The notes beneath the pieces were generated by a model that was not told the origin of the DNA, did not search any database, and worked only from the letters and a program-made list of their open reading frames with translations. DNA of 64,000 bases from a virus (Duplodnaviria; Heunggongvirae; Uroviricota; Caudoviricetes). The stretch lies in the IMG/VR virus record IMGVR_UViG_3300038393_003162, positions 148,407 through 212,406 of that record; one strand, 5' to 3'. Positions 21,037-31,041 of the stretch are shown here, in pieces. How positions within the stretch are numbered: position 1 is the first letter of the stretch; each line of letters starts with the position of its first letter. The translations under genes were made by a program, and so were the position numbers.

Positions 21037-21903
21037 TTATTGTCCTTCTTCTTTGTTCATAGCATCAATCACTACTTTCTTGATTCTGTCTAAGATAAAT
21101 TTGCGACCGACTTCTTCTCTTTGTTTGATCAATTTTTCCCGAGGCGGCACCGGCACGTTGTTATCAACCACCCACAAGGCATCAGCCAACTTTGCCCAAG
21201 CTCGAATTTCACGGATCGGGTCAATGAAGCCGACAACGCTGTCGGCTCTTCGAGTCAATATCCCAATACATTTGCCTTCATAATCAAAAACACCACCGCC
21301 ACTCGAACCGGGGAAATTAGCTACAGTCACCTGGTCGTAAACCTTGCCATCATTGATTCGACCTTGATAGGCAATAATTCCATCACTCAACGAAGCAGCC
21401 GCAATCCGACCGTGATAACACCCCACGTGAAGTACCGGCATCCCAACATATGGCATCTCCTTGTCTTCAGGGTAGAATTCCGCGTCTCCTTCCACGAAAT
21501 TACCGTCCCTAACTCGGAGAATAGCAAGATCGTAATCATCCGAGACCGTCATGATTTCAGCAGCAGAATCCCGGCGTCCGCATGTCCTGCCGTCATAAAC
21601 AGGATATTTAACCACCTGAACATCATTGAAGACCACCTTGCCGTCGTCGCTCAACTCAATCGATTTTGAAATCACATGAAAATTGGTCATCACATAAAGC
21701 GATCCCCCGCGATGGAACGCAATTCCACTTCCGGTACATCCCTTGGCGTCGATCATGACTGATATTTTTTCGACGTGTTCCACTACACTACGATAGTTGC
21801 TGGGCTTCTGAGGAATGGTCGATTGTACTGGCGTACAAGAACTGAAGGTAAACAGGAAAGAACCAAGAGCCAAATTTCTGAGGATCGTATCGAATTGTAA
21901 CAT
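21037..21903 (-). CDS. secreted trypsin-like serine protease (S1/Do-like)
   Basis: Signal-peptide-like N-terminus; catalytic triad contexts TNFHV (His), DLAILRV (Asp), GSSGGGVF (Ser). Confidence 0.7.
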   Translation of the reverse strand: MLQFDTILRNLALGSFLFTFSSCTPVQSTIPQKPSNYRSVVEHVEKISVMIDAKGCTGSGIAFHRGGSLYVMTNFHVISKSIELSDDGKVVFNDVQVVKYPVYDGRTCGRRDSAAEIMTVSDDYDLAILRVRDGNFVEGDAEFYPEDKEMPYVGMPVLHVGCYHGRIAAASLSDGIIAYQGRINDGKVYDQVTVANFPGSSGGGVFDYEGKCIGILTRRADSVVGFIDPIREIRAWAKLADALWVVDNNVPVPPREKLIKQREEVGRKFILDRIKKVVIDAMNKEEGQ

Positions 21904-21952
21904 AATGTAATAAATCTCTTTCTGAAAACACTAACGATATGTTAAAATAGTT

Positions 21953-22234
21953 TCAACATTGGGAAATCTTATTTTCGATGCTTTCGATAAGGTGTGTGTA
22001 GTAGTCAATAGCACGGGCAATTGCCTCACTTTCGGTGCAAAGCTCGTCCTCGTTGTAGATGAAGTTATTCATGTCGAAGTAGAGGGCAAGAGGATAATTG
22101 TCCGAAGTATACCCCCGGATCAGCTTGACCTTTTTAATCGCAATCTTCTCAAGAACTCCTTCGGTGGCGCGATAGCACAGGTAGACCGTAGTCCCTGGTC
22201 CATATTTGACCGAGATATTGATGGTAGCGGTCAC
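21953..22234 (-). CDS. hypothetical protein (93 aa)
   Basis: Intact ORF. Confidence 0.35.
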   Translation of the reverse strand: MTATINISVKYGPGTTVYLCYRATEGVLEKIAIKKVKLIRGYTSDNYPLALYFDMNNFIYNEDELCTESEAIARAIDYYTHLIESIENKISQC

Positions 22235-22354
22235 GTCGGCACAACCGCGTATCGAAATTCCCCCGCTGGCGATGTGGTTAATTTTTAATCTCCTGTGAAA
22301 ATTTCAATTTAATTACTCTTACATTATGTATACCCATTTTAAAGGATTATTGTT

Positions 22355-22657
22355 ATGGAAGAAAATACAGCCGAACTGAAGCTGACCAGGACCGAAGAGA
22401 CCATCATCATTAGCCTCCAGTCCCGTGAACGCGAAATCGCCCGTGAAGTTCTCCTGCCCCTCCAAGAGGCTTTCCGAGATACAATCTCCCAGATCGAAAC
22501 CCGCCTCGGGCTAGAAAAGGGCGCTATCGGAACCACTCACGTCTTTGATCATCAGACTTTGACGGTCAAACTTGCCCCAGAACAGTCCGTTGTGGCAGAA
22601 GAAGCCGAAGAAGTTGAGACCAAAGCTGCCAAGGTTGCCAAGCCCCGCAAGAAGTAA
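22355..22657 (+). CDS. hypothetical protein (100 aa), acidic
   Basis: Intact ORF. Confidence 0.4.
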   Translation: MEENTAELKLTRTEETIIISLQSREREIAREVLLPLQEAFRDTISQIETRLGLEKGAIGTTHVFDHQTLTVKLAPEQSVVAEEAEEVETKAAKVAKPRKK

Positions 22658-22668
22658 AAGCAGTTCTT

Positions 22669-22691
22669 GACGCCATAAATACATTTATGGC
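22669..22691 (+). promoter_or_regulatory. 9-bp perfect hairpin (GCCATAAAT-ACA-ATTTATGGC) spanning the start codon of ORF 22687
   Basis: Read directly; could occlude the initiation region of the downstream ORF or act as a terminator for the upstream one. Confidence 0.4.
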
Positions 22692-22932
22692 ATACATCAT
22701 CCCGGTCATCATCGAAAAGCCCCACAACCAAGATGAATTGAAAAAGGCGTTGAGTCTTGCCCGTAAGAACTTGGCAAGACTCAACGCCTTTTCATCTGCA
22801 CCTGATCCCGATCCTTATGTCTTCCCCTTGACGATCACGAAGGCTCCCGATGACCAATTGGCTCGGAAGCTCAAGCAGGCGAGAATCACACTAGATCGCC
22901 TGCTTGAACTTCAGGACGCGATCAACGACTGA
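22687..22932 (+). CDS. hypothetical protein (81 aa); doubtful because it contains a strong terminator-like hairpin
   Basis: ORF exists, but 22741-22793 inside it is an A-tract, 17-bp stem and T-tract. Confidence 0.25.
   Translation: MAYIIPVIIEKPHNQDELKKALSLARKNLARLNAFSSAPDPDPYVFPLTITKAPDDQLARKLKQARITLDRLLELQDAIND
22741..22793. terminator. bidirectional intrinsic-terminator-like hairpin (AAAAA GGCGTTGAGTCTTGCC cgtaagaact TGGCAAGACTCAACGCC TTTT)
   Basis: 17-bp perfect stem flanked by an A-run and a T-run. Confidence 0.55.
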
Positions 22933-23936
22933 ACCTTCTCGATCTCCGCTTGAATATTGCGGAGAGCTTGGACAGCCTGGTCGGGATTGACCACGCATTT
23001 CTCTAACGATCCGTAATGATGTTCCAGGCAATCCAACAATAACTGACGGATTGCTGGTTCGTCAGGATTTTGTCGCAATGTGCTTTTCTTATAGACTTCT
23101 TCAAGTCCACGTTCACGCTCTGCCGCTACTTGCCTAAGATATTCTTCGGTCCATTCTCCTCGCCGAATTGCCTTCAATTCTTCGCGATTGCGCTGGATAT
23201 CAATATCACCTTCCATCAGGATTTGCTCAACTTCATTCAGAAGACGGATGAGATGCATTGCATACTTGGAATCATATCCCACTCGATCCACATCTTCCTT
23301 ACGTTTCCCGATAGGTTGTTTGGTCGACATCTTATGCAACTGACTGTAGCCGTACCCTTTGTACTTCGAAAAGCACCCTTTGTGAAGGAAGAGTTTACGG
23401 TTTTCACGCACCATATTGCCAACATGGGTCGCATGAAGGACGCAGTTTGCGGGTGTGAAAAGAGAACCAATCATGGTTGGATTGTTTTCCATCGCTAACT
23501 GGAAATATTTCACAATATTATAAATCGTGAAATCATATTCCCTACCATGTCCACCCATGGCACTGGCATCATAGATATGATGTTCAGACCACTGCCCAAA
23601 TCTTTCTCTCTGCTTGCCAAAGCCAGGAATTTCACCGACAAGGTGTGGGAATAGCGTCTCTCTACTTGGTATACAAAATCCATAGATATCAAGATCAGAT
23701 GAATCGCTTGAAGTGCCGTAAGCTGTGGACCCGATAATTGTTAAGTAGGCACAATTCGTCGGAAGCCACTTGGGAGGATTGCAGAGACCTTTTTGGATCA
23801 ATTCCTGAAGTATCATTGTTCTAATCTCCTTGCGAAAAGCATGTTTCAAAACAGAAGTCAAGAATTTGGTCGAGCCAAAACCAACTTCATCTTCCCGACC
23901 TTCTTGGGATACAGCTTGGCATAGCACTTCTTCCAA
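22911..23936 (-). CDS. Pol-beta-superfamily nucleotidyltransferase domain protein
   Basis: GSTAYGTSSDSSDLDIYGF matches hG[GS]x9-13Dh[DE]h; true start may be internal Met (about 23816) because of the 79-nt overlap with the next gene. Confidence 0.5.
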   Translation of the reverse strand: MEEVLCQAVSQEGREDEVGFGSTKFLTSVLKHAFRKEIRTMILQELIQKGLCNPPKWLPTNCAYLTIIGSTAYGTSSDSSDLDIYGFCIPSRETLFPHLVGEIPGFGKQRERFGQWSEHHIYDASAMGGHGREYDFTIYNIVKYFQLAMENNPTMIGSLFTPANCVLHATHVGNMVRENRKLFLHKGCFSKYKGYGYSQLHKMSTKQPIGKRKEDVDRVGYDSKYAMHLIRLLNEVEQILMEGDIDIQRNREELKAIRRGEWTEEYLRQVAAERERGLEEVYKKSTLRQNPDEPAIRQLLLDCLEHHYGSLEKCVVNPDQAVQALRNIQAEIEKVQSLIAS

Positions 23937-24694
23937 TTAGGAGTGTAGCTATGAAAGATGAGCGACTTGCCAAGATCGTCGATGTCCTGCTCGCTCTCGA
24001 TGAGATGACAATCCTCCTTCTCAATGAAGCTGTGGACGAGACCAGCCATACAGACATGCCTCGTCACCGAGAATTCTTCCCTCAGCAGGCAATCGCTGTG
24101 AAGCGTGCGCAACCAGTTGGCTAAAGTGGATTCGTTCTTACGGAAATCCGCCATGTACCTCGGCAACAGGTCGCACCAGTCGCGAATCGTGCCATTATTC
24201 CACAACATCACGCCCGACGAGAACGGACCAACCGGCACCGGCAGGAACCCAGGATTCCAGCCCCTTCGACGCGCCCACATCGCCTCGCACGCCGCGAAAT
24301 CTACGAACTCATGATGGTCGAAGATGTCTTCTACGTCCCCGAAGATGAACGTGTCAGCGTCCAGGTAGAGGATGTGGTCCTCCTTCAACTCGGCGAAATA
24401 CTTGCGGTTGATGTGGAAGAATGATTCCTCCCCAGGATAGATCAAGGGAGGACGATCTAAGACTTCGACGTCGATGCTCTTACACGTCTCAATGAATTGG
24501 TCTGTGGACTCGACATTGATCGATGTATGTTTGGAGACGTTTTCGCGTTCGATGGTCTGGGATGATTGGTCTCGGACCAGGAATATCCTCACGGGGATGT
24601 CCTTGTTATGATTGCGGAGCATCCCCATGCTCGTCAACGCCATCCGGAGATAGAACGGATGCTCATTCGTGATATAAACTACAGATCGATTCAT
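23858..24694 (-). CDS. glycosyltransferase family 8-like
   Basis: ILYLDADTFIFGDVEDIF (GT8 DxD region). Confidence 0.55.
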   Translation of the reverse strand: MNRSVVYITNEHPFYLRMALTSMGMLRNHNKDIPVRIFLVRDQSSQTIERENVSKHTSINVESTDQFIETCKSIDVEVLDRPPLIYPGEESFFHINRKYFAELKEDHILYLDADTFIFGDVEDIFDHHEFVDFAACEAMWARRRGWNPGFLPVPVGPFSSGVMLWNNGTIRDWCDLLPRYMADFRKNESTLANWLRTLHSDCLLREEFSVTRHVCMAGLVHSFIEKEDCHLIESEQDIDDLGKSLIFHSYTPNWKKCYAKLYPKKVGKMKLVLARPNS

Positions 24695-24697
24695 GGG

Positions 24698-25330
24698 TTA
24701 TTCTTGTGTAAGGTACGGCAGATAGGGCGTGTCTTGCAGAGCCTTGACCAGGTCCCGATAGTTCTCGATCCTTGCCTTGGGATCAGTCTTGTCTTGGGAG
24801 GCTATGTCAATGTAGGGCAATTCCAAGAACCAGAGCAGATCATTCCATTGGTCTTCGATCTTGTCGATGGAAATGGAGATCATTGTCGCTAATTTAAAAT
24901 AGGACTTGATGTCGGCTTGGTCCATCTCGAATTTCTTGATGATATTGGTGAACTCAGTTGGGTCGACATAGATATAAAATGCCCTGGACTTCGCCAGGAT
25001 GGACTGAATCGGGCTTTGGACGGCATGGACGATCTGGGTATTCTTGCGTATGAATCCCCAGACCTGGCTCCACGCGGCACACCTAGCTTGATTCTGTGCC
25101 AGGAGAAAACCGGTCGAGCCTTCCCGCTGGAAGACTTGATCTGTGAGGAAGTCGATGGGGTCTTGGTCCATCTGGATCAGGACATTATCTTCGGCAAACT
25201 GCTCCATAGCATCGGGGTCGAGGCGACTGAAGAGTTCTCCGAATACGGTTGTGTCGGGGATTGTCTTGAGGCAAGTGGCTAGGCTTTTCATGGCATGGGA
25301 CTGGTCACCAACAATAACGAAATTGGACAT
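24698..25330 (-). CDS. hypothetical protein (210 aa)
   Basis: Intact ORF. Confidence 0.4.
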   Translation of the reverse strand: MSNFVIVGDQSHAMKSLATCLKTIPDTTVFGELFSRLDPDAMEQFAEDNVLIQMDQDPIDFLTDQVFQREGSTGFLLAQNQARCAAWSQVWGFIRKNTQIVHAVQSPIQSILAKSRAFYIYVDPTEFTNIIKKFEMDQADIKSYFKLATMISISIDKIEDQWNDLLWFLELPYIDIASQDKTDPKARIENYRDLVKALQDTPYLPYLTQE

Positions 25331-25398
25331 GCCTTTAAATTAGTTAATTTATCATTAAGTTCTATCTAAATATTGAAAACTGTTATATAGGTATTGGC

Positions 25399-27342
25399 AT
25401 GTCAAAGTTCCAGGAATTCATTCTGAGGACTGAAGCGGTTCAGGATTTTCTCCCCAATCTGTTCAACCGCATTCAAACTGATCCTCGGCTCAAAGATCCC
25501 GACCTGTGGTTCCACTTCAGCAGCATCCCCAAATTGGGGGTGAATCCGAGGGCATCGCACCGAGACCCTCACGGCATCTACATGTTTCCCAAGCAATGGG
25601 TCCTCAGCCCTCAATTCGGAAGGAACCACATGTTCTTCAACATGCCTTATATTTTCGTGCTAAAAATCAAACCGGGGACAAACCTGCTCAACTTGGGTAC
25701 ATTGACCCGAGACGAAGCCGCCAGGATTCTCACGACCATGGGTCTCCAGGACCAGATTGCCACCTTGGACAATCCGTCCCGCTACGGAGGCACCGAGCCG
25801 GGGCAGATCCTTTGGCAAATCCTCGACCAATATGTTGCTCCGAATCGACGCAATAACGGGGCATGGAATGCTCTGTTCAAGCGGGCTGGCTACGATGGCG
25901 TGATCGATCCCGGCACCAGCGCCATCCACCCCAATGAACCCGAACAAACCATCGTGTTCAACGCAAATAATCTTGAAGTTGTTGATCTGATCCAGAACAA
26001 CACGGCGAATGCCCAGCCGAACATCATCATCAAGTCCTTGACGACGATCAGCGATGTTTTATTTGGTCGCGGCAAGTACAGGATGGAGAGCTATTCCAAC
26101 CCAACGGAGCGGACTTATAAGATCATCGGACAATATCAAGGCAGAGAATTCCAGGTCTACAGCAAGCATTCCAAAGGCGATAGCAAGGACGGACTGCGGG
26201 AGTTTTCCCATGAGATGTATATCTCTTTGATGACCGCGACCTCTCATGGTTCGGATAGCGAGCGAGTTCACGTGAATTTCATTGATAACTACTATGGGTC
26301 TATCCAAGACCAAATCAAGAAGGTCGTAGTGAAGTTTCACACCTTCATGGACCAGGCAATTGCCGAGGATAATCCCGAGGAACGGAATGAGTCGGCTGTC
26401 AAGTTGAAGGAAGTGGCAACCGAGGTTATGCGTTATTTTGGTCTCAAGTTGCCCGCCCCGTCGCACCACAACACCAATTATTTCATCCAGAAGAGTTACG
26501 ATTGGGGATCATTCAGTATCAGCGTGTCTTACGAGAAGTCCTCATGGGACGACAAGCCAGCGGGCATCACGGGGTCGCTGAATATCTTCACGGCTCGCCG
26601 GGGCGACAAACCTTCGCAACTCAGGGAGTTGGGGGCACAGATCTATGGCAACAAGAACACGAGATATCCCTTGGAGATGCCGACACAGGAGATGGCGGCT
26701 GCGATCGTCAAGTTGATGGTCCAGGATGCCGAACAGGAAATTTACAAGCACTATCATCCCGACCCCGACCAGCATTCCAACACTTGGACTCGTTATGAGT
26801 GGGCTGATCGCGGTCGTAGGTTCCTGAAGGTTCTCTCGCGAATCAAGGCAATTCCACCGATCAGGGCATTGCTCGGGCGTCAAGAGGTCAAGGACGAGTA
26901 TCAACGTGAGATTCAGAGTTCGCGAAATCAGATTGACCTCAAAGAATATCTCAAGGGATTCAATACGAGATATCCCAGACTTGCGGCATTACATATTAGG
27001 ACTTACTACAATCACAAGCAGACCACGAAGCCGGGTGAAGTCCGGGAGATTAGTGGCGATATCGCGATCTACGACCCTTTCTTCGAGATGAACAAACAGC
27101 GAAAAGACGAGACCATGATCAAGTTGATTGCCAAGTATCTGATGTTTAATTGGATTACGCCACGGGTCATTCGGAATTATGTTGGCGAGGCACCATTGCC
27201 CTTCGGTGCGACCGACCTTGAAGTCGCATTCACCAAGTCCTTCATCAGGTTTTTCTTGAATAAAGATTCTTTGGAAGAACACCCCGAGTGGCGGAATCTG
27301 ATCCAAGCGGCATACATGAAGGGAATGGCGTCGAGTGCATGA
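25399..27342 (+). CDS. large hypothetical protein (647 aa)
   Basis: Long intact ORF; no motif recognised. Confidence 0.5.
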   Translation: MSKFQEFILRTEAVQDFLPNLFNRIQTDPRLKDPDLWFHFSSIPKLGVNPRASHRDPHGIYMFPKQWVLSPQFGRNHMFFNMPYIFVLKIKPGTNLLNLGTLTRDEAARILTTMGLQDQIATLDNPSRYGGTEPGQILWQILDQYVAPNRRNNGAWNALFKRAGYDGVIDPGTSAIHPNEPEQTIVFNANNLEVVDLIQNNTANAQPNIIIKSLTTISDVLFGRGKYRMESYSNPTERTYKIIGQYQGREFQVYSKHSKGDSKDGLREFSHEMYISLMTATSHGSDSERVHVNFIDNYYGSIQDQIKKVVVKFHTFMDQAIAEDNPEERNESAVKLKEVATEVMRYFGLKLPAPSHHNTNYFIQKSYDWGSFSISVSYEKSSWDDKPAGITGSLNIFTARRGDKPSQLRELGAQIYGNKNTRYPLEMPTQEMAAAIVKLMVQDAEQEIYKHYHPDPDQHSNTWTRYEWADRGRRFLKVLSRIKAIPPIRALLGRQEVKDEYQREIQSSRNQIDLKEYLKGFNTRYPRLAALHIRTYYNHKQTTKPGEVREISGDIAIYDPFFEMNKQRKDETMIKLIAKYLMFNWITPRVIRNYVGEAPLPFGATDLEVAFTKSFIRFFLNKDSLEEHPEWRNLIQAAYMKGMASSA

Positions 27343-27372
27343 AAAAAGGAGAGCAAATTGCTCTCCTTTTTG
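27342..27372. terminator. bidirectional rho-independent terminator (AAAAAGGAGAGCAA ATTG CTCTCCTTTTT)
   Basis: GC-rich perfect hairpin with A/T flanks between convergent genes 25399..27342(+) and 27379..28005(-). Confidence 0.7.
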
Positions 27373-27378
27373 TTGGCG

Positions 27379-28005
27379 TTAATCCTGCAATGGTACAGAC
27401 CAATATGCTTCACTCAAAAAACTGCGCCAACTGTCAATCTGGACGAACTCTTCCTGTCGGAGTTGCTTATATCCGGGTCGAGTCGGCTGACTCAGGAGTT
27501 TCATACCAGCCTGCTCCGGTGTCCGATTAGCCTTGTAGGAGTTACAGGCAACGCAAGCGATGACGCAGTTCTCCCACGTGGTCTGACCGCCCTGAGCTCG
27601 CGGGATGACGTGGTCTACGTTCAGTTCTGACGTTCCGGGACGGTCGCCGCAATACTGGCAGCGGTAGTCGTCGCGGCGATAAAGTTGACGACGACAGAAG
27701 GTCTTGCGGGGCATAGGAAGCTTGTTGTACTCGTTCAGCAGGATCACCTCGGGTATCCGGAAGACCATGTTGGCGGTACGGATACCTTCATCCCCGAGCG
27801 GCTTCAACTTACTCCAATCTTCCCAGGTCATTGCCTGATAATCTTCGGGGTTGATGATTCGCGCAACTCCCTTGCATACTTTGGTGAGGGCTTTCTCCAA
27901 CGTCTCTGTACGCATCGGTGCCCAACTCTTGTTCAATACAAGGACTTTACGCTCCTCAAATGTGAGCGGACGACTCTTCTTAGTTTCCGTCTTAACTTCG
28001 CTCAT
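27379..28005 (-). CDS. HNH endonuclease
   Basis: CQYCGDRPG…NVDHVIPRAQGG…NCVIACVACNSYK (HNH with zinc-ligand cysteines). Confidence 0.75.
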   Translation of the reverse strand: MSEVKTETKKSRPLTFEERKVLVLNKSWAPMRTETLEKALTKVCKGVARIINPEDYQAMTWEDWSKLKPLGDEGIRTANMVFRIPEVILLNEYNKLPMPRKTFCRRQLYRRDDYRCQYCGDRPGTSELNVDHVIPRAQGGQTTWENCVIACVACNSYKANRTPEQAGMKLLSQPTRPGYKQLRQEEFVQIDSWRSFLSEAYWSVPLQD

Positions 28006-28334
28006 TGATCGACCCCCAAAAAAATAGTTTCACTTTGAGACCTGGCTTCCGTCCAAAACGAAGAAGGGAAGCCTTTTGTTGCCGGTAGCTTCCCCGTGCC
28101 AAGTTCAAACTGGCGGGGGTAATCTATCCAAACGATTCATATGCTTTCGCTGCAAGCAACATAAAATTCGGTCCTTCGACTACTCCCAGGCGCAGACCGA
28201 TCCCGTCATTTCTGGGATCTCGCCAATCAATCTGTGCCTGGACATTGCTGTTCATGATAATATTATTTAGTTATTGGAAAAACATTCTCGTTTAAAATCC
28301 GATTCTTGTCAAGGTCAAACAACTATATTATTCT

Positions 28335-29885
28335 ATGGAATCTTATACGTTGAACCAACTGGAAGCGATCCTTCACGAGAAATTCGCCTACCGTTCTCGC
28401 GTCAAGATCGATGGCAACAAAGGCGTCCTCACCGCAACCGATTCCAAGATGTTTGCCGGGCTGGAACTCCTCTACTACTCTCTGACACTGTCCCACGACA
28501 TTGGGTTCGCGGTGGTGGATTTGGGATTGACATCTGTTCAAAGAGCCTGGTGCCTCGATCGCAACATCACAGTTCTCGACCTGAACGACAAGTTCATTTT
28601 CCCCGATAAAAGCGTCAAGGGTTGGCAAACATGGAATAAACCTGTTTATATTGAAAACAGTCCTTTTGAATACACACTATGGCTCGATGTAGATTGCATC
28701 GTCCGAGGCTCACTAGAAACAGCCTTCTGGCTTATTGCCGAGAATCCTCTGGTCATAGAATGCATTCACGCACCGCAGGGCATATTTATCGCCAACAATT
28801 TGAACCTTTACAAATCCCTCAAGTTCTACATCCCTGAGAATCAACGTTCCAACCTTTATCCCAATGCTGGGGTACTTGGTATTGTTCCATCAAGAGATAA
28901 AAATTTAATCAATCATTGGAAAGAAATTATCCTTGTTGCCGCGAAGGATAAGGAAATCAGAAATTTGATTTCCTTATATGACCAGGGAGCTTTGATATGG
29001 GCATTGGAGAAAACCAACAAGACTGATTTGATACGCCAGGATTGGGGGTTGAACTATCCGGGACGCACCGGCAATGATCGAGTCCATTACAATGCCACTC
29101 CGTGGGGACCGGAATCCGCCAATCCGGCTGTCTTCCTCTATAACTTACCTACCAGAGATTCGGCTGTCATTCGCCACTATACCGGACCAAAACCATGGTC
29201 GTCCTGGTCAACCCCTGCCATCAGGTTAGAAGAATCGATTTCCAAGAGACTTCGCGTTCTGGTGATCAGCCACATCCACACCTTGTTCAACTTGACCCCC
29301 AACCGTCCTTACCTGGAGATGGTCAATCTCAATCGATTGGCGATCGATAGACACCAGCGTAATAACCTCGCCGAATCGAGGATTTACCTTGACCCAAACC
29401 TGATGGATCGCTTCGAGGGCAGGGAGTACGTGGGATTGGCGACTGCGAGATGGAATCAGAAGTACATGCATAGCGGCATAGCCAGATTAGAAGACCTTCA
29501 CGAATATGAATATCTTCTTGATGAAAAGGTGGTCCTGGTTGCCGACCTAGCAGATCCAGTAAAGTGGATTGACACGACTTGTTTCTTCAATATAGGCATG
29601 CACAAATTCATTGATGAGCTTGCCGAATGGACGGGTATGCCGCGTACAAATGGTCCTTCTTTCTGGGCAAACAATTTCATCTGCCATCGTTCGGTCTTTG
29701 CCGACTACCTAAAACATTTCCTGAAGGTATTTGATTATTTCACCAACAAGTACGACAATCGATTTGATTTCAAGGGCATGGACCCGAAACGAACCCCGGC
29801 ATTTTTCTACGAGGCAGTAACCGTCCACTATTTTGCCAATCGCTCCGACTTGACATTTAAACTCATTAAAAAACCACCAAGATAA
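28335..29885 (+). CDS. glycosyltransferase family 8-like protein (516 aa)
   Basis: LWLDVDCIVRGS DxD region; long C-terminal extension. Confidence 0.5.
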   Translation: MESYTLNQLEAILHEKFAYRSRVKIDGNKGVLTATDSKMFAGLELLYYSLTLSHDIGFAVVDLGLTSVQRAWCLDRNITVLDLNDKFIFPDKSVKGWQTWNKPVYIENSPFEYTLWLDVDCIVRGSLETAFWLIAENPLVIECIHAPQGIFIANNLNLYKSLKFYIPENQRSNLYPNAGVLGIVPSRDKNLINHWKEIILVAAKDKEIRNLISLYDQGALIWALEKTNKTDLIRQDWGLNYPGRTGNDRVHYNATPWGPESANPAVFLYNLPTRDSAVIRHYTGPKPWSSWSTPAIRLEESISKRLRVLVISHIHTLFNLTPNRPYLEMVNLNRLAIDRHQRNNLAESRIYLDPNLMDRFEGREYVGLATARWNQKYMHSGIARLEDLHEYEYLLDEKVVLVADLADPVKWIDTTCFFNIGMHKFIDELAEWTGMPRTNGPSFWANNFICHRSVFADYLKHFLKVFDYFTNKYDNRFDFKGMDPKRTPAFFYEAVTVHYFANRSDLTFKLIKKPPR

Positions 29886-29928
29886 CATCTTGGTGGTTCG
29901 AGGAAAGGTCATTCTGTATTCGCCGATC

Positions 29929-30339
29929 TCAGGATCGGAGATCGGAGACGACGGCGCGGACGACATCGCCAGCCACGCATCGCTTGCCTTGAGCGAAAGC
30001 TCTCATGGCAACGCCGATCGCGTGACCATCTTTGGGGGACGCCTTGACCTGCTGATCGATGCCGTTATCGACCAAGTATTGCTTCGTAGCAGCATAGTCC
30101 AAGACCGGAGGAACCAGTTCCTGCATGATCTCGGTTTCCCGTTCGCTGAAGGTGCCAGGATTGTTCTTGGCATCTAGCAGCAAGGTCCGGACCAGGGCGA
30201 TGACGATTTCATCGGGGACCGGCTGCTGAATAACCTGGTCCAGTTTGCCCTTAAGGAAGCGATACGCATTACGCGATTCGGCATCCTTGCTCTTGATGGC
30301 GTCGATCATCCGGCTTTGAATCGTGTTTTGCAGCGACAT
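29929..30339 (-). CDS. GatB/YqeY domain-containing protein
   Basis: MSL…AIKSKD N-terminus and C-terminal GVAMRAF…GK…AGDVV pattern resemble YqeY (136 aa). Confidence 0.5.
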   Translation of the reverse strand: MSLQNTIQSRMIDAIKSKDAESRNAYRFLKGKLDQVIQQPVPDEIVIALVRTLLLDAKNNPGTFSERETEIMQELVPPVLDYAATKQYLVDNGIDQQVKASPKDGHAIGVAMRAFAQGKRCVAGDVVRAVVSDLRS

Positions 30340-30345
30340 CTCTGG

Positions 30346-30738
30346 TTAATCCTTGTCTTCAGGAATGGTCTCGAAAACTACAAGTGCCCCGATTTTTACA
30401 GCATAATCAAGCATATGACGCAAAGTTATAATTAAATCCTCGAAATGCGACTTCTTAAGACCAACAGCGATCATCCTGAGGGTGTAAGCATAGACGCTAT
30501 TGGTTAAGCGAGTTCGCAATAACTCGGGCGTATACCGAACCGCCCCAGATGTGGCAAGTCCCAACATATCAGCGACCACCGATGCTACCGCTAGACTCAT
30601 GTGAATTTCAATGCAGTTAGGCGGCTCAGGTCTAGGGATAATCGTCTTTGGTCTGTGGTATTCCGGCACAAAGAGAGCGATTCTTTTCATTTTTCCCCTT
30701 CGTTTACGAGGATTTCGAATGCCCAATACGCGACACAA
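30346..30738 (-). CDS. hypothetical protein (130 aa)
   Basis: Intact ORF. Confidence 0.4.
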   Translation of the reverse strand: MCRVLGIRNPRKRRGKMKRIALFVPEYHRPKTIIPRPEPPNCIEIHMSLAVASVVADMLGLATSGAVRYTPELLRTRLTNSVYAYTLRMIAVGLKKSHFEDLIITLRHMLDYAVKIGALVVFETIPEDKD

Positions 30739-30846
30739 AATGCCAGGGACAAGAACCAGAAATATCCCTTGTCGTCCATCGCAAGCTTGGTCGCAGCGAT
30801 CGTGCTTGCGATGCCGATCGAAGACAGAACCGATACAGCCAACATC

Positions 30847-31038
30847 TTATTGTTTTTCATGAGTTGGTCCTTTCAGGGCAATCGGTTTCTTGTAACCGTA
30901 GGGACAGTGGAGACAGCCATTCGAACAACATCGCCCGCGTTTTAGCAAATAATGTTCAGTGAACACATACTTGCCTTCGGCATTAATGTAGTAATCAATG
31001 CCTTGAATTAACGCGGGCTTGTTGCTCTGGGTGGTCAT
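30847..31038 (-). CDS. small Cys-rich protein (CCSNGCLHCPYGY)
   Basis: 63 aa ORF with a C-terminal cysteine cluster. Confidence 0.35.
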   Translation of the reverse strand: MTTQSNKPALIQGIDYYINAEGKYVFTEHYLLKRGRCCSNGCLHCPYGYKKPIALKGPTHEKQ

Positions 31039-31041
31039 GTG

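Noticed and set aside
25330-25420. Mimivirus-type early promoter (AAAATTGA) upstream of 25399
   Set aside because: Only an imperfect AATATTGA is seen once and it is not repeated upstream of other genes. SD-like AAGG/AGGA motifs upstream of the TROVE and vWA genes and frequent ATGA and TGATG overlaps favour a prokaryotic-type expression system, though many genes lack an obvious SD.
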